64,000 nucleotides of DNA from an uncultured delta proteobacterium (GCA_963712515.1 CAVQIG010000018.1:17401-81400); one strand, 5' to 3'. Counted from the first letter of the stretch, positions 28,723 to 38,852 are shown. Notes: a model not told the origin generated them from the sequence alone. Program-made: numbers and translations.

Positions 28723-29876
28723 CAGGGCGAGTCACCGAGAATCAGCGTCGCGCCGCTGTGCCGGCGCGAGATGACGCCTCCCGTGCCGTGGCAGAGAGCC
28801 ACCGAGCATTTCTTGATCTGTCGCGACCCCGCTTCGCCCCGGAGCTGCTTCACGGCTTCGATGACGAGGAAGATGCCGCGCATGCCGGGATGATTCGACG
28901 AGAGCCCGCCCCCGTCGGTGTTGGTGGGGCACGGCCCGTCGTAGGCGAGTCGCCCTTCGGAGACGAACGCGCCTCCTTCGCCGCGCTTGCAGAAGCCCAG
29001 GTTCTCGAGCGTGAGCAGCACGGTGATCGTGAACGAATCGTAGATCATGCAGAGGTCGACGTCGCGATGGCTGATCCCCGCCATGGCCATGGCCTTCGGG
29101 CCCGATTGCGCTCCCGCGACCTCGAGCAGATCCTCGCGGCCGATTCCGGTGTGGCGCACCGCCTCGGCGGCGCCGAGCACGTAAGCGGGTTTCTTCCTCG
29201 AGTCACGCGCGCGCTCGGCGGAGGTCACGACCAGCGCGCCGCCGCCGTCGGAGATCATGCAGCAGTCGAGGAGATGGAGCGGCGCCGAGACCAGGCGCGA
29301 AGCGAGCACGTCTTCGACCGTGATCGGGTCGTGATACTTGGCCGCGGGATTGAGCAACGCGTGCCGACGCGTGGTCACCGCGATCTCGGCGAGCTGCTCG
29401 GAGCTCGTGCCGTATTCGTGCATGTGGCGCATCGCAGCCATTGCGTAGCCGCCGACCACGGTGGGGCCGTAGATCGCCTCGTAGGCGTCCGGCGGGTCGC
29501 CGAACGCGCCGCCGCCGGTGCCGACCGCGAAGCGCTCCGAGGCGGCGGTCGAGCCGTAGAGGACGAGCGCCGTGCCGCAAAGGCCGGCGGCGATGGCCGC
29601 GGAGGCGTGCGCGACGTGGGCGACGAACGACGAGCCGCCGAGGTTCGTCGAATCGAGATAGCTCGGCCGCAAGTTCAGATGGTTGGCGAGGGCGAGCACG
29701 CCGATCGGCCCGACGCCCGCCGTGCAAAGCCCGTCGACGTCGCCGATCGACAAGCCCGCGTCTTCGAGCGCGCCGCGCGCGGATTCGGCCATGATCTGAT
29801 AGGGCGTCAGATGCGGCGCGTAGCGGGTCGGATGCTCGTATACCCCGACGACGGCGCTCTTGCCCCGGAAGCTCAT
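28722..29876 (-). CDS. SCP2-type thiolase-superfamily protein (Ltp2-like)
   Basis: LDCCMISDGG, IYDSFT, NTDGGGLS..HPG; GGSS at the canonical Cys site. Confidence 0.9.
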   Translation of the reverse strand: MSFRGKSAVVGVYEHPTRYAPHLTPYQIMAESARGALEDAGLSIGDVDGLCTAGVGPIGVLALANHLNLRPSYLDSTNLGGSSFVAHVAHASAAIAAGLCGTALVLYGSTAASERFAVGTGGGAFGDPPDAYEAIYGPTVVGGYAMAAMRHMHEYGTSSEQLAEIAVTTRRHALLNPAAKYHDPITVEDVLASRLVSAPLHLLDCCMISDGGGALVVTSAERARDSRKKPAYVLGAAEAVRHTGIGREDLLEVAGAQSGPKAMAMAGISHRDVDLCMIYDSFTITVLLTLENLGFCKRGEGGAFVSEGRLAYDGPCPTNTDGGGLSSNHPGMRGIFLVIEAVKQLRGEAGSRQIKKCSVALCHGTGGVISRRHSGATLILGDSP

Positions 29877-30679
29877 GGCAGCCGCTCCAGGAACGCGTCG
29901 ATCGCCGCGTGCAGCGCGTCGGGTCGTTCGCGGTAGAGATAGTGGCCCGCGCCCGCGAGCTCTGCTCGCTCGGCGCCGCGAATACCGCCAGCGAGCGCCT
30001 TGACATCGGCGGGCGTCGCAATCGTGTCCTTGGAGCCGTGGATCACCAGGACAGGCAGGCGGAGCTCGCCGAGGCGCGTGCGAAAGTCCGCTCGGCGAGC
30101 GGCAACGAGGTCGAAATAGCGCACGCGCGGGTCGGTCTGGACCTGCAGCGCCCAACCCTCGCGCATGACCTCGAGCGGCACGTCGTCCCCGTATCCCGCA
30201 TTGCTGAACGGCTGGGGTGATCGCCCTGTCATCACGTTTCGCCAGATCTCGACCGACTCGTCCGACACCGTGATGCGGGCCGCGGTGGACATCAGCACGA
30301 GCGCTTCGATTCGTTCTGTCGCGCGCAGCGCGAGCTCGAGCGCGACGAGGCCACCCATGGAAGTGGCGACGAGCACGGCGCTCGCGATGCCCAGTCGATC
30401 GAGCACCGCGATCGTCGAGTCGGCGTAAGCTTCGATCGAGGGCAGTGCCTCGGTGCCCGAAGATCGCCCGTGGCCCGGCCAATCGAAGGCGATCGGGCTG
30501 TGTCGTCGCGCGAAGTATCGAACCTGACGCTGCCATACGGCGGCGGTCGAGCCGGCTCCGTGCAAGAAGACCAGCCGCTGGCCGCGCGACAGATCGGGCG
30601 GCACCCCGGGCAGCGTGGTCGGCGGCGCGTGAAGAACGTTTACCGCGTGGCCGGCGATCTCGAAGTGCTTACTCGGCAT
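29873..30679 (-). CDS. Alpha/beta hydrolase
   Basis: FLHG, DWPGHG, TSMGG, GSKD, AGH. Confidence 0.9.
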   Translation of the reverse strand: MPSKHFEIAGHAVNVLHAPPTTLPGVPPDLSRGQRLVFLHGAGSTAAVWQRQVRYFARRHSPIAFDWPGHGRSSGTEALPSIEAYADSTIAVLDRLGIASAVLVATSMGGLVALELALRATERIEALVLMSTAARITVSDESVEIWRNVMTGRSPQPFSNAGYGDDVPLEVMREGWALQVQTDPRVRYFDLVAARRADFRTRLGELRLPVLVIHGSKDTIATPADVKALAGGIRGAERAELAGAGHYLYRERPDALHAAIDAFLERLP

Positions 30680-30755
30680 GGAAGGGTCGGATGCAATACC
30701 ACCCGCGCGGGTAAATCAACCTGCCCGCAAACCGCAAAGCGGACCTCGTCCCTTT

Positions 30756-31055
30756 TCACCGACGAGACTTGTTCTGATCTTTTCTCGCCGCCCACTCCGT
30801 CGGATCGAGCGTCTGGAGCGCAAGCGCGTGCACCTCGTGCTTCAGCAGATCGCCGAGCGCTCGGTAGACGGCTCGATGGCGCTCCAGCGTGGAACGGTCG
30901 TGAAACGCGGCGGAGACGATCACACAGGAGAAATGGCCTCCGCCCGCGGCCGCTCCGGCGTGTCCGACGTGTTTGCTGCTCTCGTCGAGGATCTCCAGGT
31001 GGACCGGCGCGAACTCCTGCCGCAGCCGGCTTTCGATTCGTTCGGCGGTAGTCAT
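30756..31055 (-). CDS. bolA: BolA family protein
   Basis: DESSKHVGH, GGHF, ERHRAVY, HALAL. Confidence 0.9.
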   Translation of the reverse strand: MTTAERIESRLRQEFAPVHLEILDESSKHVGHAGAAAGGGHFSCVIVSAAFHDRSTLERHRAVYRALGDLLKHEVHALALQTLDPTEWAARKDQNKSRR

Positions 31056-31058
31056 GCT

Positions 31059-31538
31059 TCAGTCGAGCTCGGTCAGCGGCCACGATCGAAAATCGCGCTG
31101 ATAGATGACCTCTCCCTCGCGGCTGAACACGAGAAAACGGTCGACCGGCTCCGGGAGTGAGTCGTCCTTCAGATATTCTGCCCGGCGATGCTCGAGCACT
31201 TCGTCGCCGTTCCCGCGGCCGGAGTTGGCGAGCTTCCAGGCCTGCTCGTCGTCCCAGACCGAGAGCCCCGCCCGCTCCTGCTTCTGCGCCGCACGCGCGA
31301 CATAGTTGCCGAATCCGGCGAGCTTCCGCTCGCCGAGCGTCGGCGCCACGAGCACGGCGTCATCGGCGAGCCAGCGAAACGGCAACGGCGAATCCTCGGC
31401 ATCGAGCGACAAGCGAGGGATCGGTGCCGGCGGCGCGGGAGCCGCACGCCGGCTCGCCGAGCAGCTCGCGAGTCCGAGCGCGGTCGCGCAGAGCGCCGCC
31501 GAGGCGAAGCCGCCGAGACGTCGCACCGAAACCGCCAT
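31059..31538 (-). CDS. Hypothetical lipoprotein
   Basis: Lipobox LASC; Pro-rich linker. Confidence 0.65.
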   Translation of the reverse strand: MAVSVRRLGGFASAALCATALGLASCSASRRAAPAPPAPIPRLSLDAEDSPLPFRWLADDAVLVAPTLGERKLAGFGNYVARAAQKQERAGLSVWDDEQAWKLANSGRGNGDEVLEHRRAEYLKDDSLPEPVDRFLVFSREGEVIYQRDFRSWPLTELD

Positions 31539-31767
31539 GGCGAAAGCGTAGCAACCGAATCATCGAAAAGCGACGCGGCGAGAAAGCGCCTAGAGGGGGT
31601 CTGCGCCACGGATGGGTCCCGCCGGTCACGATACAAGCTGTGTGCGCGCTCCCGTTGGTCGCGGGCGTGTATCTCTTGTTGGTCCTACCACGTTAGCGCC
31701 GGCGACTCCTCACTTCGAGCGCCGAGGCTGGCAACGAGATGGGTGTCCTGCTAGATGCGGCCGTCGC

Positions 31768-32427
31768 ATGTTCCATGCCCTCCTCCGATTCTGGTTCGAG
31801 CTGGTGCGCGATTGGGGCTACTGGGGTGTGGCCTTGATGATGGCGATCGAGTCCACGGTGTTCCCGCTCCCGAGCGAGGTCGTCGTGCCGCCCGCCGCCT
31901 ACTGGGCAACGCAAGGACGAATGAGCTTCTGGGGCGTGGTGGTCGCGGCCACGGTAGGCTCGTGGCTCGGCGCCGGGCTCTCGTACGGCGTCGCACGCGC
32001 TCTCGGCCGCCCGTTGATCCTTCGTTACGGAAAGTACGTGCTGATTCCAGAGAAGAAGTGGCTTCTCGCCGAGCAATGGATCCGTCACTATTCGGTGGCT
32101 GGGATTTTCTTTGCGCGGCTCCTGCCCGTGGTCCGCCATCTGGTGTCGCTGCCGGCCGGCGCGGCGCGCATGCCGTTCGCCCTCTTCACCACGATGACGC
32201 TTCTCGGTTCGTTTCTCTGGTGTACGGTGCTCGCCTGGTTCGGCGCGCGCGTGCTGGCGGACGAGCCGCGTCTCCTGCAGGACCCCGAGGCGCTGGTCCA
32301 CGTGCTCAAGGAGAAGCTCTTGTGGTTCGCGGCCGCGGCGCTGGTGTTATTCGCGCTCTACGTGGCGGTGGACCTGATCGGCCGTCGCTTTCGGCGCGAG
32401 GCCATGAGCGAGGCCGATCTGCGCTGA
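31768..32427 (+). CDS. DedA family membrane protein
   Basis: ESTVFPLPSE, FFARLLPVVRHLVSLPAG. Confidence 0.93.
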   Translation: MFHALLRFWFELVRDWGYWGVALMMAIESTVFPLPSEVVVPPAAYWATQGRMSFWGVVVAATVGSWLGAGLSYGVARALGRPLILRYGKYVLIPEKKWLLAEQWIRHYSVAGIFFARLLPVVRHLVSLPAGAARMPFALFTTMTLLGSFLWCTVLAWFGARVLADEPRLLQDPEALVHVLKEKLLWFAAAALVLFALYVAVDLIGRRFRREAMSEADLR

Positions 32428-32563
32428 GGCGGCCGAAGCGTCCGGCGCTGCGATCGTACGGCTCGGATCGCGGACGATCCCGCGGCTGCGCTTGCGGCGA
32501 GCGCCTTCATCGCAAGGCCGCGACACTACCGAGTGACGGGTTCCGTCGTCCAGCGAGGTCGGG

Positions 32564-32650
32564 GAGGCTTCGAGCTGCGACGGGCTTCAGATTTCCGGAG
32601 GAATCCGCCAAGTGCGTTCCCAACGCCGGAAGCGTGAAGCTCGAAGTCTC
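32564..32650. repeat. Degenerate heptamer palindrome between convergent dedA and lysR
   Basis: gaggcttcgagct ... agctcgaagtctc (12/13 IR). Confidence 0.5.
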
Positions 32651-32657
32651 TCGCCGC

Positions 32658-33575
32658 TCACCCTGCCCTCGCTTTCTCCTCGACCTCGTCGGGCGTCTTC
32701 TTGCTCGTCAGGAACTCGATGAAGCGCTCGGCGGCGAGGGAGAACTGCTTTCCCTTGCGATGGATGATGGCGAGTGGTCGAGAGAGCTTCTCGTCGCTGA
32801 ACTGCACGATGGTCAGCGTTTCGCTCTTGACCTCGGACTGAACCGCGGGCTCGGGAACGATGGCGACCCCTTGGCCGACCTCGACGAAGCGCTTGATGGT
32901 GTCGATGTTGTCGACTTCCGACACGTAGCGCAGCGCCACACCGCGGGCCCGCAACGCGCGATCGATCGCGCGCCGCGTGGCGATGTCGCGCTCGAAGCCG
33001 ATCGCCGCCTCCCCGTGGATCTTGTGGACCGAGATCTGCTTGTAGGAGGCGAGGGGATGCTGCGGATGGGAGATCAACACCAGACGGTCCTCACGGAAGG
33101 GCACCACGGCCAGCTGTGGACGCCGGGCCGGGTAGGCGACGATCCCGAAGTCGATCGAGCCGCGCAACACGTCTTCCTGGATCTCGCTCGAACGGCTGTA
33201 GTCGAGCTGGACCTTCACCTGCGGGTAGGCACGCAGAAAGCGCCGGAGCGGGGACGACAATTCGTAGAGGCCCACGCTATAGACGGTGGCGATCCTGAGC
33301 GTGCCGCCGACGCGATGATTCAACGACTGCAGGCCGCCTTCCATCTCGAGATATCGCTGCACGATCTCCTTGCTGGCTTGGTAGACGATCTCGCCCGCCG
33401 GCGTGACCTGCACGGCGCCGCGCGTGCGCTCGATCAGCTTGCATGCGTATTTCGTCTCGAGCGCCCGGATCTGCTGGCTGACCGCCGACTGCGTGACGAA
33501 GTTCTGCGACGCCGCGGTCGAAAAGCTGCGCGTTTCGACGACGTCGCAGAATACCTTCAGGGTCTCGATGTGCAT
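32658..33575 (-). CDS. LysR-family transcriptional regulator
   Basis: SFSTAA..NFVTQSAVSQQIRALE HTH plus substrate-binding domain. Confidence 0.95.
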   Translation of the reverse strand: MHIETLKVFCDVVETRSFSTAASQNFVTQSAVSQQIRALETKYACKLIERTRGAVQVTPAGEIVYQASKEIVQRYLEMEGGLQSLNHRVGGTLRIATVYSVGLYELSSPLRRFLRAYPQVKVQLDYSRSSEIQEDVLRGSIDFGIVAYPARRPQLAVVPFREDRLVLISHPQHPLASYKQISVHKIHGEAAIGFERDIATRRAIDRALRARGVALRYVSEVDNIDTIKRFVEVGQGVAIVPEPAVQSEVKSETLTIVQFSDEKLSRPLAIIHRKGKQFSLAAERFIEFLTSKKTPDEVEEKARAG

Positions 33576-33577
33576 GA

Positions 33578-33592
33578 ATAAGACTTCTTTAT
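33578..33592. promoter_or_regulatory. LysR-type T-N11-A operator
   Basis: ATAAgacttctTTAT palindrome adjoining the lysR start in the divergent intergenic region. Confidence 0.6.
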
Positions 33593-33666
33593 GGAAACTG
33601 AGTCTCGAATTAGATCCCGAATTAGACTAACGTCATTCGTCGACCTCGGGCAAGGAGGAAAAGGGC

Positions 33667-34017
33667 ATGATCCGACCGGGTAGACTTCATCACGCGGCGC
33701 TGCGTATCGCAGACTTCGAGCGGTCGAGGGCATTTTACGAGGGGTTGCTCGGCATGAGCACCGTGCCGCGTCCCGACCTCGGCTTTCCAGGCGCTTGGTA
33801 TGGGCTCGGCGACTCGCAGCTTCATCTCATGCAGTGCCAGAAGTACGGCGAGGGGCCGATCGATCCGACCGAAGCGCACGTGGCCATCGAAGTCGAGGAT
33901 TACGAAGCCACCAAAGCCACGCTTCGGCAGCGTGGCATCAAGTTTCTCGAGATCGGGCCTCAGCTGTGGATCCGCGACCCCGACGGCTACACAGTGGAGC
34001 TGCGGCAGAAGGGATAG
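33667..34017 (+). CDS. VOC/glyoxalase family protein
   Basis: LHHAAL, FYEGLLG, HVAIEV, RDPDGYTVEL; AGGAGG RBS. Confidence 0.9.
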   Translation: MIRPGRLHHAALRIADFERSRAFYEGLLGMSTVPRPDLGFPGAWYGLGDSQLHLMQCQKYGEGPIDPTEAHVAIEVEDYEATKATLRQRGIKFLEIGPQLWIRDPDGYTVELRQKG

Positions 34018-34090
34018 CGCCGCGAGAACCTTGCGGGCTCCGGCGATTCGCTCTCATCTCCTGGCCGATCTAGCCGAGTAGGAACGAAAC

Positions 34091-34504
34091 ATGGCGAAGC
34101 ATTGGCTTTTCAAGACCGAACCCTCCACGTACTCATTCGCGGAGCTCCGCGCCGAGGGCCGCACCACCTGGGATGGGGTCAAGAACCCCCTCGCGCTGAA
34201 GCATCTGGCGAACGTCGCCGAAGGCGATTCCGTGTTCATCTATCACACGGGAGACGAGAAGGCGGTCGTCGGTGTCGCGCGCGCCGCGAGCGGCGCGTAC
34301 CCCGACCCGAAGGGCAAGGACGCGAAGCTCCTCGTCGTCGATCTCACGCCGCTCCGGTCGCTCGAGGTGCCAGTGTCGCTGGCGGCGATCAAGGCGATCA
34401 AGCGCTTCGCCGGCTTCGACCTCGTGCGCCTGCCTCGATTGTCGGTCATGCCCGTTTCCGAAGAGCAGGCGGTCGAGATCGAGAGGATGGCGAAGGCGCG
34501 CTGA
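34091..34504 (+). CDS. EVE domain protein
   Basis: WLFKTEP, WDGVKN, YHTG, RLSVMPV. Confidence 0.93.
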   Translation: MAKHWLFKTEPSTYSFAELRAEGRTTWDGVKNPLALKHLANVAEGDSVFIYHTGDEKAVVGVARAASGAYPDPKGKDAKLLVVDLTPLRSLEVPVSLAAIKAIKRFAGFDLVRLPRLSVMPVSEEQAVEIERMAKAR

Positions 34505-34577
34505 CTTCTATACAAGCGTCTTTTTGCGGACCGCACGGTGTCTGCGGGAACTCCGCGCGGCGGCGTTTGGGGGTCCG

Positions 34578-35513
34578 ATGAAATCGCGCAAGCTGAAGTT
34601 CGGCGTCACGCTGCCTCAATGGGGGGCGACGTGGGCGGAGGTGAGGGAGATCGCGCTCCTCGCCGAGGAGGCCGGCTTCGACTCCGTGTGGGTGGCGGAT
34701 CACTTCCTCGGCCTCGGCTCCGAGGATCCGCTCGAAGCGTGGACGGAGATGACGGCCGTGGCCGCACTGACGAAGCGGATCGAGATCGGTTTTCTCGTTC
34801 TCTGCAACAGCTACCGGCCGCCGGCGTTGCTCGCAAAGATGGCCACGACGTTCGATGCCATCTCCGACGGTCGCTTGATCGTGGGTTACGGCGCCGGCTG
34901 GTTCGTCCAAGAGTACGAAGCCTACGGCTACGAGTATCCCAAGATCCGCACTCGCCTCGAGCAGCTCGAGGAAGGACTCGAGATCCTGAAGCGCATGTGG
35001 ACGGAGGATGCGCCGACGTTTCACGGCGTGCACTACCACATCGAAAACGCACGCTGCTGGCCGAAGCCGGTCCGCAAGCCTCACCCGCCGATCCTGGTGG
35101 GCGGCGGCGGCGAAAAGATCCTGCTGAAGCTCGTCGCCCGCTATGCGGACATCTGGAACAACCCCGGCGTGTTCCACACCGAGATCGGCCAGAAGCTGTC
35201 CGTCCTGCGCTCGCACTGCGAGAGGGTCGGGCGAGCCTTCGAGGACATCGAGATCTCACAGCAGACCATCGCCGCGATCGCGCTCGAAAAAGACGAGGCG
35301 CGCCGCCGCACCGAGGCGGTCCACCAGGAAGTCGGCTTCCTGACGAATGCACCCGAGCTCTGTCCGACCGGAACGCCGAGCGAGATCATCGAGCGCTTGC
35401 GGAAAAGCGTTGCCACGGGCGTGACCACCTTCATCATGAGCTTCGGCCGCCACGACACGGCGGAGAGCGTTCGGCTGTTCGGCAGGGAAGTCCTGCCGGT
35501 TCTCCGCTCTTGA
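34578..35513 (+). CDS. LLM-class (probably F420-dependent) oxidoreductase
   Basis: GFDSVWVADH, GYGAGW, PKP..PHPPILVGGGG. Confidence 0.9.
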   Translation: MKSRKLKFGVTLPQWGATWAEVREIALLAEEAGFDSVWVADHFLGLGSEDPLEAWTEMTAVAALTKRIEIGFLVLCNSYRPPALLAKMATTFDAISDGRLIVGYGAGWFVQEYEAYGYEYPKIRTRLEQLEEGLEILKRMWTEDAPTFHGVHYHIENARCWPKPVRKPHPPILVGGGGEKILLKLVARYADIWNNPGVFHTEIGQKLSVLRSHCERVGRAFEDIEISQQTIAAIALEKDEARRRTEAVHQEVGFLTNAPELCPTGTPSEIIERLRKSVATGVTTFIMSFGRHDTAESVRLFGREVLPVLRS

Positions 35514-35521
35514 TTCGGCGC

Positions 35522-36154
35522 ATGCGGGGGAGACTCGCGTGGCTCGCGTTGGTCCTCGTTGCGGGTTGCCGACATGCGCCGCCGCCGCAAGCGCCCCGAC
35601 CGGTCGAGCGGCAGGAGCGGTTCACCTGCTGCAACCTCCACTACAGCTCCGACGCCATCAGCGACGCGAACTACTGGATCGGGACCAAGCTGCCCGCGGG
35701 CACCCCCGTGCGGATCGAAGGGCTGACGGACGATTCGGTGACGTTCTCGACGGGCGAGGTCCTGCTCACGCTCACCCACGAGTACGGTACGAAGGGAGAA
35801 TCCTTCCAGCAGTACCTGGACAAAGTGCTCGTCGCCACCGACCCGCGACCACGGATCGGGGGCTTTCCCATCCGCGTGCGCCGCGCGATCGGCAACGCCA
35901 AGATCGAGCGGGGAATGACGCGTGAGCAGGTGCTGTTGTCGCTCGGCTATCCGCCGACGGACCGCACGGCTTCCGTCCAGGATCGTGAGTGGACGTACTG
36001 GTGGAACCGCTCCCTCTATTACAAGGTCGTCTTCGACGACGCGGGTAAGGTCGCCGACGTCGTCGGTCGGCCGGCGCCGACCGCCGAGGTAGCCATTCCC
36101 AATGCCGATCAACCGCCTCCCGCGAAGGCCTCGAAGAAGCACAAGGGCCACTAG
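35522..36154 (+). CDS. Lipoprotein with BamE/SmpA-like domain
   Basis: Lipobox VAGC; GMTREQVLLSLGYPP...WTY. Confidence 0.8.
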   Translation: MRGRLAWLALVLVAGCRHAPPPQAPRPVERQERFTCCNLHYSSDAISDANYWIGTKLPAGTPVRIEGLTDDSVTFSTGEVLLTLTHEYGTKGESFQQYLDKVLVATDPRPRIGGFPIRVRRAIGNAKIERGMTREQVLLSLGYPPTDRTASVQDREWTYWWNRSLYYKVVFDDAGKVADVVGRPAPTAEVAIPNADQPPPAKASKKHKGH

Positions 36155-36560
36155 CAAGGAAGAATGGGACTCATCAGATCGGCTCGCCCTTCTGATGACC
36201 ACGAACGTGATCCCCTTTTTCGGGTGCTGTCCGAATTAGGACATTCGGCGGTTGAAACTAGGACACCGGGATCGGCGGACTTCTTGCCTCGGGCAAAGGG
36301 TCGCTGCTGTCCGAACGACATTGAGGGAAAATTAGGATGCGCGGCGCGCCTTTGCGGAACATAGCAAAATCCTGTATCGGCGTGCTCGGGTGGCGCTACT
36401 TACTGGGTGCCATGTTATCGCGAAAGGCGATCCGATCGTCGCGGCTCAAATCGCGCCGCAGATTCTCGCCCGTGGATTGCAGGTTTTGGGGTTCCGAAAC
36501 CTTTCGATTGCACCAGCTTATCTTGGGGTTATAGTTTACTTTTGACCTGGGAGTGGAGCC

Positions 36561-36818
36561 GTGCTGAGCGAAAACTGGTACGTTCCGGGATCAATCAAAT
36601 CGACGGTGGAAAACATTGTCGCTGCCGGGGATCCGACATTTGTGCGGCAGCTGGCCAGTGTCGTCGAATTTGAGCGTCGGCTAATCGACGAGGTCGGTAT
36701 GCTCGGCGTGTTCCCGGCCGATGAGGAGCGGCGAATCGAAAACTACATCCATACTCACCGGGAAGAGCTGTTCGATTACGCGCGCCGCACGCTGCTTAGC
36801 GAATCTCGCGCCCGCTGA
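36561..36818 (+). CDS. Hypothetical protein in an AT-richer segment
   Basis: GGAG RBS before GTG; helical 85-aa ORF. Confidence 0.5.
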   Translation: MLSENWYVPGSIKSTVENIVAAGDPTFVRQLASVVEFERRLIDEVGMLGVFPADEERRIENYIHTHREELFDYARRTLLSESRAR

Positions 36819-36835
36819 AGCAGTCTTTCTGCGTT

Positions 36836-37110
36836 TCACTTCTGGCGTCCCTGAACGAGCCGAAGCACGGGCCTACGGTGCGTGCCGATCTCGCCCTTTG
36901 CACGCCCTGCACTCATGCCCCTGTGCGGCTCCGGCGCTGTGGGCGTCGGCTTGATCGGGGCGTTCAGCGCTTCGCCCACCAGCTCCGCGATGCTCCACAC
37001 GTGGTCGGCCACGCCGAGTGCCATCGCTGGCGTCGTGCGGAGCCTCTCGTGGACTCGGCAAAGGTTGTAGTGCGCGACGTGAAGAGCGATCAGGACAGCA
37101 CCCTTTTTCG
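36836..37110 (-). mobile_element. 3' remnant of an IS1-family-like transposase
   Basis: ALHVAHYNLCRVHERLRTTPAMALGVADHVWSIAELV; no upstream DDE portion. Confidence 0.75.
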
Positions 37111-37202
37111 TCCAATCTTGACTTGCTCGGCGACATTGAGGCAGGAATGCTCGATTATTCTCACGAGACAACGCTGAAAAGGATTCAAGGAGGATCTCAA
37201 CT

Positions 37203-38135
37203 ATGGGTCTACTCGATGGCAGGGTCGCGCTGGTCACCGGCGCAGGGCGCGGAATCGGTCGCGAAGAGGCGCTGCTCCTCGCCAAGCACGGCGCGGCGGT
37301 CGTCGTCAACGACCTGGGCGGCGGCTTCGACGGCAGCGGCAAGGACGTCGGTCCCGCGCAGGAGGTGGTGAACGAGATCAAGAAGGCGGGCGGCAAGGCG
37401 GTGGCCAACGGCGACAGCGTGTCGGACTTCAAGGGTGCCAAGCGCATGCTCGATTGCGCGATCGACAACTTCGGTTCGCTCGACATCGTCGTCAACAACG
37501 CGGGGATTCTCCGCGATCGAATGATCTTCAACATGTCGGAAGAAGATTGGGATGCGGTGATCGCGGTCCACCTCAAGGGAACGTTCGCGGTCACGCGTCA
37601 CGCCGCCGAGTACTGGCGGAACAAGAACAAGGAGACCAGCCAGTCGGTGAACGGTCGCGTCATCAACACCTCCTCCGACTCCGGGCTGCTCGGCAACGCG
37701 AGCCAGTCGAACTACGGTGCCGCCAAGGCGGCGATTGCGGCTTTCTCGGTGATCGTCGACCAAGAGCTCAAGAAGTACGGCGTCACCGTGAACGCGATCG
37801 CGCCGGTCGCGCGCACCCGACTCACGGTCGATGCGACGCCGGCGACCGCGGCGATCATGGGCCAGAAGCCGGCAGCAGGCGAGTTCGACGTCTTCGATCC
37901 CGCCAACGTGGCGCCGCTCGTTGTCTGGCTGTCGAGCGACGACGCCAAGGACGTGCACGGAATGGTCTTCCGCGTCGGCGGCCGCTCGGTGTGGGTCATG
38001 CAGAATTGGCACTCTGCGGCGCAGATCAAAGGCAGCGGAAGGTGGGATCCGGCGGCGATTGGCAAGGCCCTCAAGCCCGAGCTCGGCAAGGTCAAGAAAG
38101 AAACCACGAGCGACGTGTTTGCAGGAGGGCTGTAG
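37203..38135 (+). CDS. SDR-family oxidoreductase (3-hydroxyacyl-CoA dehydrogenase-like)
   Basis: TGAGRGIG, VNDLG, NNAGILRD, NYGAAK; GGAGG RBS. Confidence 0.95.
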   Translation: MGLLDGRVALVTGAGRGIGREEALLLAKHGAAVVVNDLGGGFDGSGKDVGPAQEVVNEIKKAGGKAVANGDSVSDFKGAKRMLDCAIDNFGSLDIVVNNAGILRDRMIFNMSEEDWDAVIAVHLKGTFAVTRHAAEYWRNKNKETSQSVNGRVINTSSDSGLLGNASQSNYGAAKAAIAAFSVIVDQELKKYGVTVNAIAPVARTRLTVDATPATAAIMGQKPAAGEFDVFDPANVAPLVVWLSSDDAKDVHGMVFRVGGRSVWVMQNWHSAAQIKGSGRWDPAAIGKALKPELGKVKKETTSDVFAGGL

Positions 38136-38159
38136 AGCCCTTCCTCCCCGCCCAGCGTA

Positions 38160-38231
38160 GGCATCGGGCTTCAGGCTCCGGCAAGGGCTTCGCGAGTCCC
38201 GGCCGGAGCCCGAAGCCCGATCCCCGAAGCC
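38160..38231. repeat. Heptamer-array palindrome
   Basis: GGCATCG GGCTTCA GGCTCCG ... CGGAGCC CGAAGCC CGATCCC CGAAGCC. Confidence 0.8.
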
Positions 38232-38235
38232 TCCT

Positions 38236-38760
38236 TTGAACATCCTCTTCGTCTGCCACGCCAATACCAGCCGATCGATCATGGCGGAGACGCTGCTCCG
38301 CCACATGCTGCAGGAGCGCGGGCTCGCTCGTGCCATCAAGGTCCACTCGGCCGGCGTCGCACCGTTCGCCCGCGACGGCGCGCTCGTCTCGCTCGATACG
38401 CGCTTCGCGCTGCGTGACCATGGGATCGAGCTCGCCGATGGTAAGACTTCGACCGCTCTCAAGCGCAATCTCCATCTGCTCGAGACGGCCGACCTCGTGC
38501 TCGCCATGACGACCGACCAAAAGGTGATCGTCGAGTGCTTTCCGCAAGCTGCGGGAAAAGCGATCCACACCTTGCGAGAGTTCGCCGGCGATGGCGGGGA
38601 CATCGCCGATCCGGCGAGCCGAGACGAGAGCTTCTTCCGCGAGACGTGCGCGCTGATCAAAGAGGCGCTCGAGAAGGCGCTGCCGCGACTGATCGAGGTT
38701 TCGGCCCTCCCGCCCCGGGCTTCCGAACCCGACAAAGGACCAGGCGGGGCGACGCGCTGA
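38236..38760 (+). CDS. Low-molecular-weight protein tyrosine/arginine phosphatase
   Basis: ILFVCHANTSRS (CX5R), HSAG, DIADP; TTG start. Confidence 0.9.
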   Translation: MNILFVCHANTSRSIMAETLLRHMLQERGLARAIKVHSAGVAPFARDGALVSLDTRFALRDHGIELADGKTSTALKRNLHLLETADLVLAMTTDQKVIVECFPQAAGKAIHTLREFAGDGGDIADPASRDESFFRETCALIKEALEKALPRLIEVSALPPRASEPDKGPGGATR

Positions 38761-38852
38761 AGCCGTCAGCCTGAGTACCAAGCGCTTCACGTTTGCGCCG
38801 TCGTCGACCTGTCGACTCTCCCTTCAGCCGCTGGTACACCCTTCTGTTCAGC

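Noticed and set aside
34091-34504. EVE domain as part of a modification-dependent restriction system
   Set aside because: Stand-alone EVE with no adjacent nuclease or ATPase; a common arrangement
37111-37594. Apparent 252-aa transposase ORF 36836-37594
   Set aside because: The upstream part is the antisense of the SDR gene; only the last ~90 codons are transposase-like
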